A stretch of 64,000 bases of DNA from Octopus sinensis (GCF_006345805.1 NC_042999.1:160704001-160768000), one strand, 5' to 3'; positions 25,173-38,289 are shown, counted from the stretch's first letter. Made by a program: numbers and translations. Notes: generated by a model from the letters alone, not told the origin.

Positions 25173-27700
25173 ATGAAATTCAACCAACTGCACATAATTT
25201 GGATATTACAATTCCAGGTAGCTGCTTTAGCTTTCAATGAAACAATTAACATCAAAAACACTTGTTATATCAATAACTTCAAAATTTTCTGTGAATACAT
25301 TGATTTACATAATAAAAACTTAAACTTTGAACAGCTCAATGGCACATATATGTTATATCTTATCGGAACAAATCTACACTCTCTACAGGAGAATGTTTTC
25401 AATGGTACTCAAATTAAGCACTTATCAATATCTGACAATCCATTAACAGTAATTGACAAAAATGCATTTGGTGGACAAGAAGAATTCTTGGAAAGCTTAG
25501 AGCTATCAACAACAGATACAACAGAACTAGTTGATTTTACAGCCCTTCAAAACCTGTATAACCTTGAAACTCTTGAAATTGAGAATTTCTATATGAACCA
25601 GAATTTAAACAATTTTACTTCTGATAAGCTAACTAAACTGACAAAACTCTCTTTAATAAATAATAAAATTCGTGATGTTAACATAAATACATTTGCACAT
25701 TTCCAGAATTTAACTCAACTTACTATAAAAAATAATAAGCTAGCAAAAATGCTACATCCACAAGCCTTTGAGCATCTGCTCAACTTACAATATCTTGATG
25801 TGAGTAATAATGCAATCACAGAGATAACAATGGGAAATTTACAAAATGTAAAAAAGATGCTGCAACATTTAGACTTTAGTTCAAACAAAATCACACGTGA
25901 TCATTTGGAACATTTTAAAAACCTTTCAAAACTTGAAACCCTCAAGTTAGATAACAATAGAATTAAAAGTCTATCAGGTGACATATTTCAAAATATGAAT
26001 AAACTGAAAACCTTGTCTGTGAGAAATAACCAACTTACTAAATTGCGAAAAACATATTTAAATGGTTTAAATAATCTCAGAGAACTATTTTTAAGTGGAA
26101 ATCAATTGATCATTGAAGCCACAACAATGACTGAAGTGCCTCTCTTAGAAATTTTATATTTGGATAATCAAAATCTAAAAGGAACTATGGAAATAAAATG
26201 GTTAGAAAATACCAGTGGAACACTGAAAAAATTATCGTTAAAAGGCAATAGTTTTAATAACATAGATCTTTGGAGAGCAATTAAAACATTACCACATTTG
26301 GAATTCTTGGATCTTTCCAAATGTAATCTAGCAGTAATCCCTGCTTTTGCATTTGAACAGAACCCAAAGCTAAAAGCCATAAAGCTAAATGACAACAAAT
26401 TAGAGAGTTTAGAGGAAGGTGCATTTCAAGGTCTACAAAACACTTTAGAGTCTATTAAACTCAGCAACAACCAGCTCCAAGTTGTGGACGAATGTGTTTT
26501 TAATAATTTCAACTGGCCAGAAAAGGATATTTCAATATAGACCTCAGCAATAATAAACTGGTGTGTAATTGTTCTCTTCATTGGCTTCAAATTCAGTTGC
26601 ATGAATATATTAAGAAATCTAATAATAACACTTTACCAGTTAGTTTCTGGAAGTGTTTCACTGCTAATGGAGAGGAGCTGATTGCAAATACATATTTGAC
26701 CTGTGATAGCAGTAAAACAAACTGTCAGGACTTAGGAGCAATACAGAATGTAATTTCAACAAAGGAAAAATTTAATAGTGCTAATAGATATACTGAAACT
26801 AAACTAGAAATAAGCCCAATTACAACTCCAAAATCTTTTAGAAGACCACTGATTTCACTTAAGCTTGAAAGAGTGCTATCAAATGTTGTTAGAATATCAT
26901 GGAATATATCAGATCTATTCTGGGTAAAAGATTTCACATTACAAATTAAGGAAATACTTCCCAATCAAGAAAGGAAATTTCAATCAGAACCAATACATAA
27001 ATTAAGACAATCTCAAATATTTCTTTCTAACAGTGAATCAATTTTACATGTTTGTATCATTGTTAATGTGATTGTTAATAGCAATTTAATTGATGCCTGT
27101 GACACTTTACAGCCCCAAAAAAAAGAGCACAGCCCAAGTACTAGCAACAAAAATACATTAGAGATAGGACTTGGAATTACTGTATTTGTTGCACTTTTAA
27201 TCCTTGTTATTTTACTCTGTGTATTATACAGAAATCATAAAAACAATAAGAAACGCGCATATGAAGAACCTAAAAATTCAGTAAGGGCACAAGTCAATTT
27301 AGCACAAACAAGTAGAGACCACAAAAAAAAGACACCAAATGAAACTAAAATACCAGCTGTTAATGTAATATCTCATGGCCAACTTCAGCCAGATCGACAG
27401 CTTTCTACAAGAAGCTACCAATATCTGAATACGGGGAATTTGAAATCTGAGCATACCTATGAAGCTATCGAAACAGAAAACTCTCCAAATCAATATGTGA
27501 ATGTTAAAGAAACACCAAATTATGATGAAAAAAGGACATCTTTACAAGATTTAAGCGTAGATAATTTCCAGTATAACGGGCAAATACCAAATCAGGTAAA
27601 GAGACCGCTACCGTCTCATAATAATGATGTTAATATAAATGAACCTTTCTATTATAATACAGCCCAAAATTATGCTGAAACTAAAGAAACAGAAATATAG
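25173..27700 (+). pseudogene. LRR receptor 2, paralog of 5546-8305; CDS broken by one 1-bp deletion at ~26527 (pseudogene, secreted variant or assembly indel)
   Basis: ORFs 25089..26540 and 26561..27700 join if one A is restored (aaggatatttc vs aaggaatatttc in the paralog). No other stop. Acceptor ttttttacag at ~25148 precedes the shared ATG 25173. Confidence 0.85.
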
Positions 27701-30700
27701 AATTCTGTACAATGTTTTTTCTTTGTCTCTCATAGAAACTTTCCTATTGCGAAAGACAACTCAATTGTGAAATATATTTTATATCAATTGGAAATATTCT
27801 ACCATTAATGGTAGAGTATAAAATCATAAAACGTTGAATTGCTTTGCATCAACAGGAGAATTTCTACTAACAGTTTACTAAGTTCAATTGCTGTGGAAGG
27901 TGAATATTTCACGCTACTGCTCACCTTATTCACTCACTAATTTACAATTTATTTCACACCATAATGAATAATAGAACTGTTGGCCCAGGATTCCAGTGGG
28001 GACAATCTCTGGCTTACTGCATGTCAACAGCACAGATATGTCTTTGTCACTCTCACTGGTGATAAGGAACTATGTGTAACTCAGTCCAGAATATCAACAA
28101 GGGACTTTATTCAGGGAGCAGCGTTTTTTTAATTTTCTTCCTGATGTTTACATCTTATCAGTAAAATATATACAAAGATATACCTACATACATACAAACA
28201 CACAAGATGAACTTCTGCATAATATCCGTCTACTAAAATCTACTAACTAGAGACTATGACAGAATATATTTTGCTACTGGAGACTACGACAAAAGATATT
28301 TTCGCATGAGCCACACATTGGGACAGAACCCACAACCATGTGATTTTGGAGAGAACTTCTTAACCACAGAGTCAAGTCTGCGCACTTCTTCATTTACAAG
28401 CATGTAGCCAAAGTCACAGCATTTCCCTAATCTTCTTCACTTAGAAAGAGGACAGTTGAACATGCTGAATTCTTCTGAGGAACTTTGCCATTGATTAATA
28501 CTTACTAACATAAAACATCACCCATTTCCTTACATTCCAGATTTTACCCTTCATGTAAATAACTTGTTTAAGAAATTATAGTTCATAATGTTGAATTTGC
28601 TAGAATTAAAGACATACAAAAAGAAACTATTTTCAATTATTTTTACTAAATTATTTTATGAAAAAAAAGAGAAAATAAACACACAAAAAAAAAGATAATA
28701 AAGACTGACAATTAAAACAAATTTTTAAAATCATATTTATGTTAATGAATGAATAAAAAGGAGAAATATATTGAAAAATATAGACTTTGATGTGTTTTGC
28801 TTTTCTATGCTTCCATTTTTAGTGCTCATGTGGAAAATACAAGAAGAGAACTTGCAAGCTAGCCATGACTGGTATTCAATGAGTAATACTGAATGCCAGC
28901 CATAGCTATGAACTGTTCCTAATTTCAAATGATTGAAACTGCATAAAGTCTATCAAGTGTTTGGTCAATGTTTTAATAAAAAGAAATGAATGAGTACAAA
29001 TTAGTTGAGATATTAGCTAAGCTTTAAATGTAATGAAATACGTATTTAAGAGAAATAACTGCATTACTTTGGTCATTTATTATCAAAATACTATATTTTC
29101 CACATGAAAGAACTTCATATGATGCACAACACAAACTGTTACTTTCAAAAAGGAATCATCAATTATTGATAATGTATATATCATCATCATAATTATTTTC
29201 TTTCTTTACATCTATTTTCTTCCTTCTAGGTTGGATAAAACTTATTGCAGTAGTATTCTACAGTCAGATATTTTCCTGCTACGAACCCTCATCAGTTTTT
29301 CAATTAAGGTACTTTTAGCCCATTAATCAAGACACACTGAAACAGCTAAGCTACAGGATGCATTATTTACAGATGTTAATATAAAATCATTATCACCAGA
29401 ATGGTATCATGTGACCACATAGAAACAAACCATCATGCACACGCATGAATGCATAACTTGTGTGTCTACATGTGTTTGCATGCACATACGTGCATGCATA
29501 CATACACAAATGACAAATTCCATAATTTCTGATCACCAATTTCACTCACAAACTGAGACTTTAGTAGAAGATACTTGCTCAGTAATACAGATGCAACAAC
29601 CACATGGCTTCAAAGTGAACTTTCACACTACCATGCCTATATGCAGATTGAACTAGAAACCAGTTCAATAGCTTCATACGCATTACATGTTCATACTGGT
29701 ATAGCCTTCTCCCTACTACACTACAGTAAATACCTCTAATGCCTAGTTTTTCTCTTAGCATTTATAGACACTGTTACCACATATCTAGCAGAGCTCATTC
29801 TTCTCTGGCTCTGCATGCATATAATCCACATTTTTGTGTCCATATCTTGTGTCTATGCAATATCATACTTGGTTCACAAGTATCATATAATCAGCTCTTT
29901 ACTTGTTCTCATTCTGCTCTCTGCATTTTGTGATTTTTTTTTTTTTTGCTTCAATTGTATAATGTGAATTACCTTAGTGTCTTGCTTGGGATCAAACTCA
30001 GAAAACCCAAGGTGAATACACTGCATAGTAGATAAAGACATTGGTTAATGTAGTGTGGTCTCTAAAGGTTCTCAAATCAATCCCATGAAAAATACTAAGG
30101 TGGCACGTAAAAAGCACCATCCGTCCGTGGCCGTCTGCCAGCTCCATCTGGCAGCTGTGCCAGTGGCACGTAAAAAGCACCCACTACACTCACGGAGTGG
30201 TTGGCGTTAAGAAGGGCATCCAGCCGTAGAAACACTGCCAGATAAGACTGGGCCTGATGCAGCCTTCTGGCTTCACAGACCCCAGTTGAACCGTCCAACC
30301 CATGCTAGCATGGAAAGCGGATGTTAAATGATGATAATGATGATGATGATGATAATTCACATAATTTAACTGAAGCAAAATATGTCACAAAATGCAGAGA
30401 TCAGAATGAGAACCGTGTAAATGGCACCCGTGCACTGTAGTCATGCACTGTAGGATGAAAGGCAAAGTTGGTGCTTTTACATGCCACCAGCACAGGTGTC
30501 ATTTACGTGAAATTAGCAATGACCAAGACAACAGGTGCCATTTACACTCCTGGAGTGGTTGGCATTAGGAAGGGCATCCAGCCATAGAAACCATGCCAAA
30601 TCAGACTGGAACCTGGTGCAGCTCTCTGGTTTATCAGTTCAAGTCAAACCATTTAGCCCATGCTAGCATGGAGAGTGGACATTAAATGAGGATGATGATG

Positions 30701-30920
30701 ATGATGATAGGGCCCTGTAGATCAAATAATGGGTTAGGTTTGAAATTCTGATACAACAGCTGAGCTTAACACAAGACACTGAAAAAGGCTGGAGTGTAGA
30801 ACAGCTGAAACATAGTGAAAGTAAGAATCAAGATGAGGAGGACACCAGTCCAACTAATATAAAGAGCATACATAAAATGAACATATTGTGGAAATCTGTA
30901 TATTTCTATTTTTAATTGGT

Positions 30921-31330
30921 CAACTAACGGTTCCTCATGAAGATAATTTTGACGCCGCTCGGGCTCAAAAATTGAACCGTTATGAAAATCTCCTTGAGGA
31001 ATGTGAAGACGCAGGCTGAAAAGCGGAACATTTTCCTATCGAAGTCGGATGTAGAGGGTTTGTTGGACACAGCGTGAGACGACTGTTGTTATCGATAGGC
31101 TTAACTCATCGTAAAGTCAATACCACCATGACCGATATCCAATCTACAGTGGAGAAGGCTAGCCACTGGATTTGGTTAAAAAAAGACGATGAGCGATCGC
31201 TAGAAGTATATTGAGTTCTTCATAACCAGCTGATCTAGCAAGCGGGGCCTCATATCAGTGAGGGGGGCCGGTGCGCATTGATGCTGTCGAGAGGTAGGCC
31301 CCGAAACGGCGCGCATTCTCTCCTGATGAC
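30921..31330 (+). mobile_element. Hero-like (RLE clade) non-LTR retrotransposon 3' fragment with GC-rich 3' UTR
   Basis: QLTVPHEDN...KLNRYENLLEECEDAG*KAEHFPIEVGCRGFVG...EKASHWIWLK (TGA replaces W). Confidence 0.75.
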
Positions 31331-31678
31331 CCCATACACTTGCTAGCTTCCGGTATACGGAGCTTTTAACTGGTAGCACTTGCATGTGCAAGTTGTTTGC
31401 AGGACATCAAAAGAAATTGCTGATGGTCTAATGTGATGAGACATTCTAGATATTGTGTCTTTGCCAAAGGTTCAATGCAGTGATGATAGCAAGGTCCGGC
31501 TATTTGACTTTTAGGCCCATGCTCTAATGTGATAGCCATCTCAATACCATAAACATGTTGCTTTTCAAGTGTCCCTTAATATTGTGCTGCCTGATACAAG
31601 AGAAAACTTTCAAGTAAACTTCCTGTGATGAAACATGAATTATCTTAGAATTGCTAAGCAAAAGATGTCAAGTCTTAC

Positions 31679-31865
31679 CTCACAATATTCTGGTAGTTTG
31701 TGATCAATAGGTAAAGTAAAGCCGTGCAAAGAAGCTGTACTATTCCCTCGATCAAACAAACATTCCACAACATCCATCAATACAATGGAACAGTCCAAAG
31801 CCATGCTGTGGTGGTTACTTGATGACTTTTGACTAGAGTCAAGGACTATAGAGCGACATATCAAG
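31679..31865 (-). CDS. ATG2: ATG2 exon: LICRSIVLDSSQKSSSNHHSMALDCSIVLMDVVECLFDRG...LPEYCE (last visible exon, open donor)
   Basis: Acceptor tttcttctgtcctcag, donor GAG|gtaaga; matches 'LEVLECL...PEYTE'; no stop before the donor. Confidence 0.92.
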
Positions 31866-32547
31866 CTGAGGACAGAAGAAAAAAGGTAATTTTTATTCAA
31901 AAGCATTCACAAAGTTTATTTTTAAACACTTCCTTTTAAAACTATTCTAAATCATTTAATTATATTTATTTGAACATGATTTTATTGCTAGATAAACACT
32001 TTAGTACACTTTATTTACTGGTTTCAGTCATCGGAATGTGATGACTCTGCTGTGGTTCTATGTTGAATTTATTAGTAGTTTTATTTTCCAATCAAGCTAA
32101 AAGATTCATGTCAATAAAATATTTAACTCAATGAAGTTATCAGCTGTACGAATTTTATTGGTTTTTTTAATGGCCAATACCTACAAATGTAAGTAAGTAC
32201 TGTGTGTGTCTGTGTCTGTGTGTGTGTGCTCGTGTGTAATGGAGGTGTATGACTCAGTGGTTGGGGTTTTCAGCTTACTATAAGGTCATGGGTTCGATTC
32301 CAGAACTGGGTAGCATGTTGTGTCCTTAAGCAAGACAATTCATTTCCTGTTACTCCAGTCTGATCAACTGAAAAGAGGGTGTACTGCAGCCCTTTCTTTC
32401 TCCAGTTGTCACATCCTAGATGTTCTATGGGGTAAAGAGTGAGGGGGCCAAGAAGGTGTTTACATCTGCCCATAACTATATGGGTACCTCAAACAGTTAG
32501 GGAAAGCGTGGTCCATTTTACCAAGTCATACTTACTTAAAAGTGGTT

Positions 32548-32548
<1 letters not shown>

Positions 32549-32594
<46 letters not shown>
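32549..32594. repeat. (TG)n microsatellite
   Basis: Directly visible. Confidence 0.95.
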
Positions 32595-32595
<1 letters not shown>

Positions 32596-32935
32596 CCCAC
32601 TTGTTTAAAAGAAAACAAGGATGTTGTTTATTAAAAAAGTCAAAAATTTTTCAAATGTGTTGTCCAAGGATGACCAGTCCAATAACTGAAAGCAGTAATA
32701 GTCACTTATCTAACACATCACATATTTTAAAAAATGTTTCATTATTTATGTTTTCACAGTTAAAGAAGAACAGCAATAAACACTGTTTTACCTCAAGTAT
32801 ACACTTAACATTTCAAGCATTATATGCAAAATAGCTCAATAACCCTTTAGCGTTCAGATTATTCTGTCAAATGTAATGCTTACTTATTTGCATTGTTTTG
32901 AATTTATCATTATTCATAGCTTCAAGATTTTGATG

Positions 32936-33655
32936 ATGTCATCATCATCATTTAGTGTCCGCTTTCCATGCTAGCATGGGTTGGACGGTTCAACTGGGGT
33001 CTGGGAAGCCAGAAGGCTGCACCAGGCGCAGTCTGATCTGGCAATGTTTCTACAGCTGGATGCCCTTCCTAACGCCAACCACTCCGTGAGTGTAGTGGGT
33101 GCTTTTTATGTGCCACTGGCACAGCTGCCAGATGGGGCTTGCAAATGGCCACGGTCTGATGGTGCTTTTTACATGTCACCGGCACGGGGGCCAGGCGAGG
33201 CTGGCAACGGCCACAGTCTGATGATGCTTTTTACGTGCCACCGGCACGGGGGTCAGGCTAGGCTGGCAACAGCCACGATCAGATGGTGCTTTTTACGTGC
33301 CACCGGCACGGAGGCCCGTTGGGGCGGCGCTGGCAACAGCCATGTTCGGATGGTGGATTATGGTATCACTTGTCCTGCCAGGTCTTCTCACGCACAGCAT
33401 ACTTCCAAAGGTCTCGGTCTCTAGTCATTTCCTCGGTGAGACCTAAAGTTCGAAGGTCGTGCTTCACCACCTCATCCCAGGTTTTCCTGGGTCTACCTCT
33501 TCCACATGTTCCCTCAACCACTAAGGTGTGGCACTTTTTCACACAACTATCTTCATCCATTCTCGTCACATGACCATACCAGCACTAACGTCTCTCTTGC
33601 ACACCACAATGATACTTCTTAGGTCCAACTTTTCTCTCAAGGTACTTACACTCTG
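32936..33655 (-). mobile_element. 5'-truncated RTE LINE (RT C-terminus + 3' UTR + (GAT)n) inserted inside a family E MITE
   Basis: EGTCGRGRPRKTWDEVVKHDL...RDRDLWK; MITE halves at 32843-32935 and ~33655-33775. Confidence 0.85.
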
Positions 33656-33844
33656 TGGCTATTTATATTGAGAATGACATTGTACATAAGTATAAGAGGT
33701 TACATCTGGCCAGTTTGAACATAAAACAAATAGAATATTTGGACCAGATATGGCTGGTTTAAATGCTAAAGGGTTAATTAGAGCCTAATTATATTTATGC
33801 AAGAGGAACTGAAATTATATGAGGTAGACAGTGAATTGACATAC

Positions 33845-34103
33845 CCCAGGTGATCATATGGACAAGCAATAGAGATTTTACTGCGGATATCTTTCATATT
33901 ATTGTGAAATGTGTCTCCAAGAACTGTCCGAATTTTACTAAAGAAGTTAGTTGATAGACTTGTAAATTTATCAAATGGTTCGTTGGTGGCTCCAGGGCTA
34001 ACAGCCGGATTTTCATGTAAAATTGTCATGGTTAACGAGCTCAGCTTGATACGGAATTTGGACAGTTCTACAGAAGGATCATCCAGAAGCTTTTGTGTTG
34101 GAT
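33845..34103 (-). CDS. ATG2: ATG2 exon: DPTQKLLDDPSVELSKFRIKLSSLTMTILHENP...ISIACPYDHLG
   Basis: Acceptor ttgtttttgtcag, donor GG|gtatgt; matches 'FQRACPCSHVR'. Confidence 0.92.
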
Positions 34104-35213
34104 CTGACAAAAACAAAAACAAAAAAATTCATAAAAAACTTTTCTGAATTTTCTGATACAGAAATTGTTAAAGTAAATCAACACAACTACAGGAAAACTT
34201 CTTATTAACAACAAGCCACTACATCTAAAATTTGTTGACTTGAAGAAAATCTTTGAAAGAGTACCTCACTCTGTAGTCTGGTGATTAAGAAAACTAGATG
34301 ACTGGCTTATGAAAGCCATGAAACCCATGAGTGCCATGAACAAAGAGAACATTAGCAACAATGAGTTTGGTAAGGAATTTAGCAAGCAGGTAGGTGTCCA
34401 TCAGAGATAGTTCTCAGCTCCTACCTGCTTATTATAGATCATTGGTCCATAATAGAGGGGAACAACAATAACAATGACCTAGATGTTAGAGCCGGATTTA
34501 TCAAAGGTTTAGAGAATAAATTCCAAGCATGGAAGCCAAACCTGGAATCAAAATACCTCAAAGCAAACAAAGTAAGCAAAAAAATTTTAGTTAACAGGAC
34601 TCCAGCCATCTGGGAAGTAAGCATACACAATATGCAGAAGAGGAATAGGTTGTGATTCCATATAGTGAACCCAATGAGGATAATGGAAAGATGTTGGAAA
34701 GAGTAAACTGGGAGAAATACTGGGTACATGAGACATAAGAAATGGTGTTGCGCAAGAGAGAAGACTTTGATGGTGTGAATGTAAGTGGTAAAAGTGGATT
34801 TCAGAATGTAGAACCGTTTGAAGGAAATGATAAAGAACTACAAATGATGAGAAATCATTCTAGAGAAGACTCTACCCATACAAATATGGAAAACCAGCAT
34901 ATGATGATGATGATGATGATGGTCATGGTGGTGATAGTGGTTTATAATCACCATTTAAAACACAAATATATTCAACATGATATTGCACATAGCATTAGGT
35001 ATGAAACTTTTTCTTTATATTGTGTTGCAGGTGATGGCACAAAATACCTTTGATCATAGCCTTGATCAAGGAGACATTTGACTATTTTTTTTAGACATTG
35101 CCCGGGAGAGTTAACTGTTTTTCTGAGCAGTTTGATTAACAATATACAGGCCTCCTTACTAGCTTCTTCTTCATAATTAATTAATTATTAATTAATGTGT
35201 GTGTATGAATGGA

Positions 35214-35245
<32 letters not shown>

Positions 35246-35385
35246 TAGTAGGATCTGCTCCCGGGATTATGCAAAATATCTGGTTTTAGAATTAAAAAAA
35301 TCAGCCTTCTCATGCTACCAACTGAATGTAAATCTATACACATGACTGTTAGAGAAATCAAAAATATAAATTAAAAAAAACTTAC

Positions 35386-35439
35386 CCTTTATATTTTGAC
35401 TGTAACCTGACCGAGGTCTTCCAGTGCTTGCATTAGAAA
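35386..35439 (-). CDS. ATG2: ATG2 short exon (54 nt): VSNASTGRPRSGYSQNIK
   Basis: Acceptor ttgttttacag, donor G|gtaag; symmetric phase 1-1, so it could be skipped. Confidence 0.7.
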
Positions 35440-35694
35440 CTGTAAAACAAAATATAATCCATAATTTAGAAGAATGTACAAGCCTGATGCTTCAGGGTAG
35501 TAATGAAATATGGGAACTGATTGTGAAGGATATCAGAACTGGAGAATAATGAGGCAAACATAATCCATTCAATGTACAATGTTCACCTTCATAGGAGGCA
35601 GAGTACTTGTGAGTTGACAGAGAAGTTGAGCATTAAAGGTGTTAGCTGTTGTATAATGTGAGATGACAGCAATGGTAGACATATGTGATGTGAG

Positions 35695-36077
35695 TGGAGG
35701 CGCAATGGCCCAGTGGTTAGGGCAGCGGACTCGCGGTCGTAGGATCGCGGTTTTGATTCCCAGACCGGGCATTGTGAGTGTTTATTGAGCGAAAACACCT
35801 AAAGCTCCACGAGGCTCCGGCAGGGGATGGTGGCGATCCCTGCTGTACTCTTTCGCCACAACTTTCTCTCACTCTTACTTCCTGTTTCTGTTATACCTGT
35901 ATTTCAAAGGGGCCAGCCTTGTCACTCTCTGTGTCACGCTGAATATCCCCGAGAACTACGGTAAGGGTACACGTGTCTGTGGAGTGCTCAGCCACTTTCA
36001 TGTTAATTTCACGAGCAGGCTGTTCCGTTGATCGGATCAACTGGAACCCTCATCGTCGTAACCGACGGAGTGCTTCC
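35695..36077 (+). mobile_element. tRNA-derived SINE family D (tail type 1)
   Basis: Head ggcgcaatggcccagtggttagggcagcggactcgcgg...gattcccagacc; near-identical copy at 43826-44208. Confidence 0.85.
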
Positions 36078-36467
36078 TATCCTATGTGATATGAATAAAC
36101 GATGAGTGCTGTGTGATGTGAGTGTAAGGTAGCTGCAGCAGAGAAGAATACTAAGGAAGGCATGTTGTGACAAAGCAATGGGATGAAATCACAGGAAGCT
36201 GGGCTTCACACATGCAAAGACAAAAAACTGAAATGATTGGCACTATGATGTCATAGCAGATACATCCAGTTCATGTCTGATTGGGCAAAGAAAAACATTA
36301 ACCTTTTAGCATTTAAACTGGCCATATCCAGCCCAAATATTTTGACTTCTTAATGTTCAAACCAACCAGATCTGGTCTCTCATATCTACCCTACAATGCC
36401 ATTCTTAAAATAAACAATCAGATTATCGAAATCTTGGAGCTATGAGACAATGCACAATCAATTTAAA

Positions 36468-36808
36468 TGGATGGAAGCTCCGTCGGTTACGACGACGAGG
36501 GTTCCGGTTGATCCGACCAACGGAACAGCCTGCTCGTGAAATTAACGTGTAAGTGGCTGAGCACTCCACAGACACGTGTACCCTTAACGTAGTTCTCGGG
36601 GATATTCAGCGTGACACAGAGAGTGACAAGGCCGGCCCTTTGAAATACAGGTACAACAGAAACAAGAAGTAAGAGAAAGTTGTGGTGAGTAAGAGAAAGT
36701 TGTGTAAAAAGTACAGCAGGGATCACCACCATCCCCTGCCAGAGCCTCGTGGAGCTTTAGGTGTTTTCGCTCAATAAACACTCACAACGCTGGGTCTGGG
36801 AATCGAAA
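36468..36808 (-). mobile_element. 5'-truncated SINE D inside a family E MITE
   Basis: 12-bp TSD AATCAATTTAAA at 36456-36467 and 36809-36820. Confidence 0.85.
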
Positions 36809-37109
36809 AATCAATTTAAAACAATGTGTATAAATAGCCATTACATTTGATAGAATAATTTGAATGCTAAAGGATTAAAAGCTTAGATGATAATGGTGAA
36901 ATTATAAATTGGTTGGTGAAATAAATCATAACTGTATTTGAATTACTTTGAGGTGAATATTATAATTAACAATAGATAAACCAGATAAGCAAAAGCAGAA
37001 ATAACATACAAAGAAATTATATTTCTTTCATATATAATATAACTATAAATGTTTAGAATAAAATCTCAGAAAGAAGAAATATATAATATAAAACTTAAGC
37101 AATCCTTAG

Positions 37110-38245
37110 CAGAACAGTCCACAACTCTTCTACTCTACTGTAGGTATGTAGATGACATTAGTATCATAGTCAAGACCAAATCTAGTAACGGTAATGTAGA
37201 AACTGAGAGGAGCATAATGGAGAGCATCCAGAAAGTAGCTAACTTCATCCACCAAAGTATCAAGGTAACTATAGATTACCCCATTAGGTACCATGACAAT
37301 AGACTCCCTGTCCTTGATACTGAACTTTGGTTAGAGACTGTGAACAGCAGAGTGCAGCTCCTCCACTCCTATTACATGAAACCCATAGCTTCAAAATATC
37401 TTGTTCACAAGAACTCAGCTTTGTCACACAACATGAAAATTAACATATGGATAGCAGACTTAGTTAGGATAATGAACGTGTCCCCACTATGCAAACCGTA
37501 TGAAATGCAGAAACATATACAGAACTTCATGCACTGCATGCAAATTTCTGGATATGATCAAAAAGATAGGGTTCAAGTATACAAAGGTGCTAGAAAGAAG
37601 TTAGAGTACATTATATGTAATGGTACCAGTGGTACCTGCCCTAGATATAGAAACAAAGACTGGAATAGGGTACAAAGAACTTGTGACAAAGCAAACAGAG
37701 TGTACACGTGGTATAAAACCAACAAATATCAAGAAGTGATATTTGTAGAGGCCACAGCCCATGGAGAACTAGCCCTTAGATTTAGGAAAGCTCTGAAGGA
37801 GACCAAACTCAACATTAAGATTGTTGAAAAGCCAGGGAACTCCTGTCAGATCACAATTATGTAGGACGTACCCCTTTGAGAATACCATATGCACCAATGA
37901 TAACTGCATGATGTGTAGGATTAGCCCTGGCATTAACCGTAGAACTAGAAATGTAGTTTATAGCACAAGATGCATAGAAGGTACTTGTAAAGACATGAAC
38001 ATGACATACACAGGGGAGACATCTAGGAGCATTGCGGAAAGACTAAATGAATATTTGTGACAATATGACGACAAAAAACTGTACTCCATACTCAACCAAC
38101 ATGCCGAGGACCAACATGGAGGCTACCTGGATCAACTTGATATCCGCATTTTATCCAAGCACCCAAAGGATCCAACACTCAGACAAATACAGGAGTATGT
38201 CCTCATGAATGAAACATCCCCAGTACTGAATAGGAAATATATGTA
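37110..38245 (+). mobile_element. Penelope-like element fragment (RT C-terminus + GIY-YIG endonuclease), degraded
   Basis: YCRYVDDI, LPVLDTEL, YYMKP; then CRTRNVVYSTRC...TYTGETSRSIAERLNE; frameshift and stop present. Confidence 0.85.
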
Positions 38246-38289
38246 GAAGATATCATACCCCCATACCCACAGGTAGAGTAGAATAGTTA

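Noticed and set aside
35695-35770. tRNA-like sequences (also 43826, 44716, 40150, 32240)
   Set aside because: They are SINE heads: they continue into shared SINE bodies and lack a complete acceptor stem
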